From contig NW_024704742.1 of NCBI RefSeq assembly GCF_018977255.1, positions 93,002,001-93,066,000 of the forward strand: 64,000 bases of DNA. The letters run 5' to 3'. Position 1 is the stretch's first letter; each line of letters begins with the position of its first letter. Of this stretch, positions 62,301 to 64,000 are shown piece by piece. Made by a program: the position numbers and the translations under genes. The notes beneath the pieces are model-generated. The model ran no database searches and was not told the origin of the DNA. It saw only the letters and a list, made by a program, of their open reading frames with translations. This DNA is from Callorhinchus milii. Lineage: Eukaryota.

Positions 62301-63299
62301 GTCAGCAAGATTATCCATCCCGCTGCTTGTTTTAAGATAGCGAGTAGGGTGGTCTTACACGGACAAGCAGCAGGAAAGTTGCATTATGGTATTCGAGACA
62401 AGTAAATTTCATTTCTACGTGGCGTATTATATGTGGAAATCTCAGACATGTTTAGATATTCTTAAGTATGTTGATGGGTTGCTACATGTGTCAGATACAC
62501 GACTGTCCAACACAAATACAGTAGTTGATTGGTAATAATATTGTTATCAGATTCGTCCTTCAAACTATTTAAATTATTACACTTAATCCATTATTTACAT
62601 ACGTCTTTGCACCTGAAGACTTTCCTCTTCGACCATGCCCATGGTCACTTCTCCCTCTCTCTCCCGGACTCAGCGTCAAGATAGGTCGTTGTTCAGTGCT
62701 CCGAAAATCTACCTCGTGTGAATAGCATTACATAAATGCAAGATGTTAAAATTCAAAAGTGAATTCACTGCAACATTTTGTATATGTTAGGGGGTGTATA
62801 AGAAAGGAAACAAGAGTAATAATCTTGGTACAGGTGGTCAGTCAGTGATACAGTTACATCCTAGGGGCTCAAACACTTCCATGTGTTGTGACATACAAAA
62901 CTGGCTCAACAATGTGACCTGTATTGTGCATACACATCAAGATTTATCAGTAAATCCAGGGTGTGCTGACCGAACTCACCAGTACCTCTCGGTGCCTGAG
63001 TTCACCAGTATCTTAGTAACATTTACGTCTTGTCACTAGTCTAAATTCTTGAGCTTACAGTCAGCTTTGCCAATCCAGAGAGAGATAAAGAAATCTGTAT
63101 GTAGCAAATAATTTGTACATTTCAACACAAAGTCAAAAATAAAATCAGGGCAAAGGATGAATTTTATTAATTAGCTTTTTTTTTTACTGAAATCATCTTC
63201 CCTCCAACACTTTTAATTTGATCATACTTTGCTTACTTCCATTCCTTTCTTCCCCAAATTTAATTTCTATCTCTTAATTTCTATCCCTCTTTTTTCCTC

Positions 63300-63762
63300 T
63301 CTTGGGTTCAACTCTTCCAACCACAAACTGCAGATTATTCAGAACTCTGCAACTTTTGTGCTTTCTGGCACCAAAATCCATAAGCCCATCACCCCAATCC
63401 TCGTCTGGCTCCACATGCCCAGAGGAGAGTTCAAGATCCTTGCCTTCCCTTTTACAACTCTCCACTGTCTTGCTCCCCCACCTCTGCGACATTACCAACC
63501 TGCCCGTTCCCCCTGCTCATCAAGCACTTTGCTGTCCCATTCTCTGGAACTTTATCAAGGAGTCTTTTTGCCTCGCCCCTTCCCTCACTTCCTTCAAGGT
63601 CATCTCAAGATCTTCCTATGTGATTATGCATCGGTCATCTTACCACCCCAACCCCCCAACCCCTTGAATCCAACCCCCATCTTTGGTGGAAACCCCCGAC
63701 TATCCTGCGCCTTGGAATATCCTCCCAACGTGAAGGGTGCTATACAAATACAATTTGTTGTG
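63300..63762 (+). mobile_element. L2 3' fragment, decayed
   Basis: KLQIIQNSA and PITPILVWLH peptides, plus tail. Confidence 0.8.
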
Positions 63763-63869
63763 CTGGGATAATACAACCACAGGAGCCTGTCAACCTCCGA
63801 TATGGATTATATATCCGATAATCCTCATCATTGAGGCCCAGGAGAGATCTTGTTCAAGTAAAATAATAT

Positions 63870-64000
63870 CTTTACATTTGGTATAGTTCCTTCCTTATAA
63901 GGAGGACATTACAGGTGTGTGGAATAAGGACATTTGCCCAACATTTTGCCCTGAATCAAACCCAGGTCTCTTGCTTGCGAGGTGAATGCTCTAACCACTG
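63870..64000 (-). mobile_element. SINE fragment truncated by the window end
   Basis: aggtgtgtggaataaggacatttgcccaa...gctctaaccactg. Confidence 0.7.

Overview
Repeat-dense vertebrate genomic DNA, about 40% GC by eye. It is almost certainly from a cartilaginous fish, possibly a chimaera, judged from recalled repeat families: Deu-domain SINEs, a young tRNA-Ala-headed SINE, CR1 and L2 LINEs, Penelope-like termini and LF-SINE-like relics. The only well-supported protein-coding gene is a solitary, intact, atypical odorant receptor (30627-31643, +). It has a splice acceptor just upstream, lacks the OR-specific second ECL2 cysteine pair and the TM6 KAxxTC motif, and carries a Cys-rich N-terminal extension. 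Nearly all other predicted ORFs are LINE/SINE fragments or noise. Notable non-coding observations: a 100-bp Penelope-like insert with a 16-bp TSD carrying a minimal hammerhead-ribozyme core; a decayed 28S rRNA fragment; covarying 3' stem-loops shared by L2 and SINE families; several nested insertions that time-order TE activity; a templated 28-bp insertion; hairpin/MITE structures; and an inverted ~170-bp duplicate with a disintegrin-like translation. Repeat boundaries are approximate. Family names come from recall, not from database searches.
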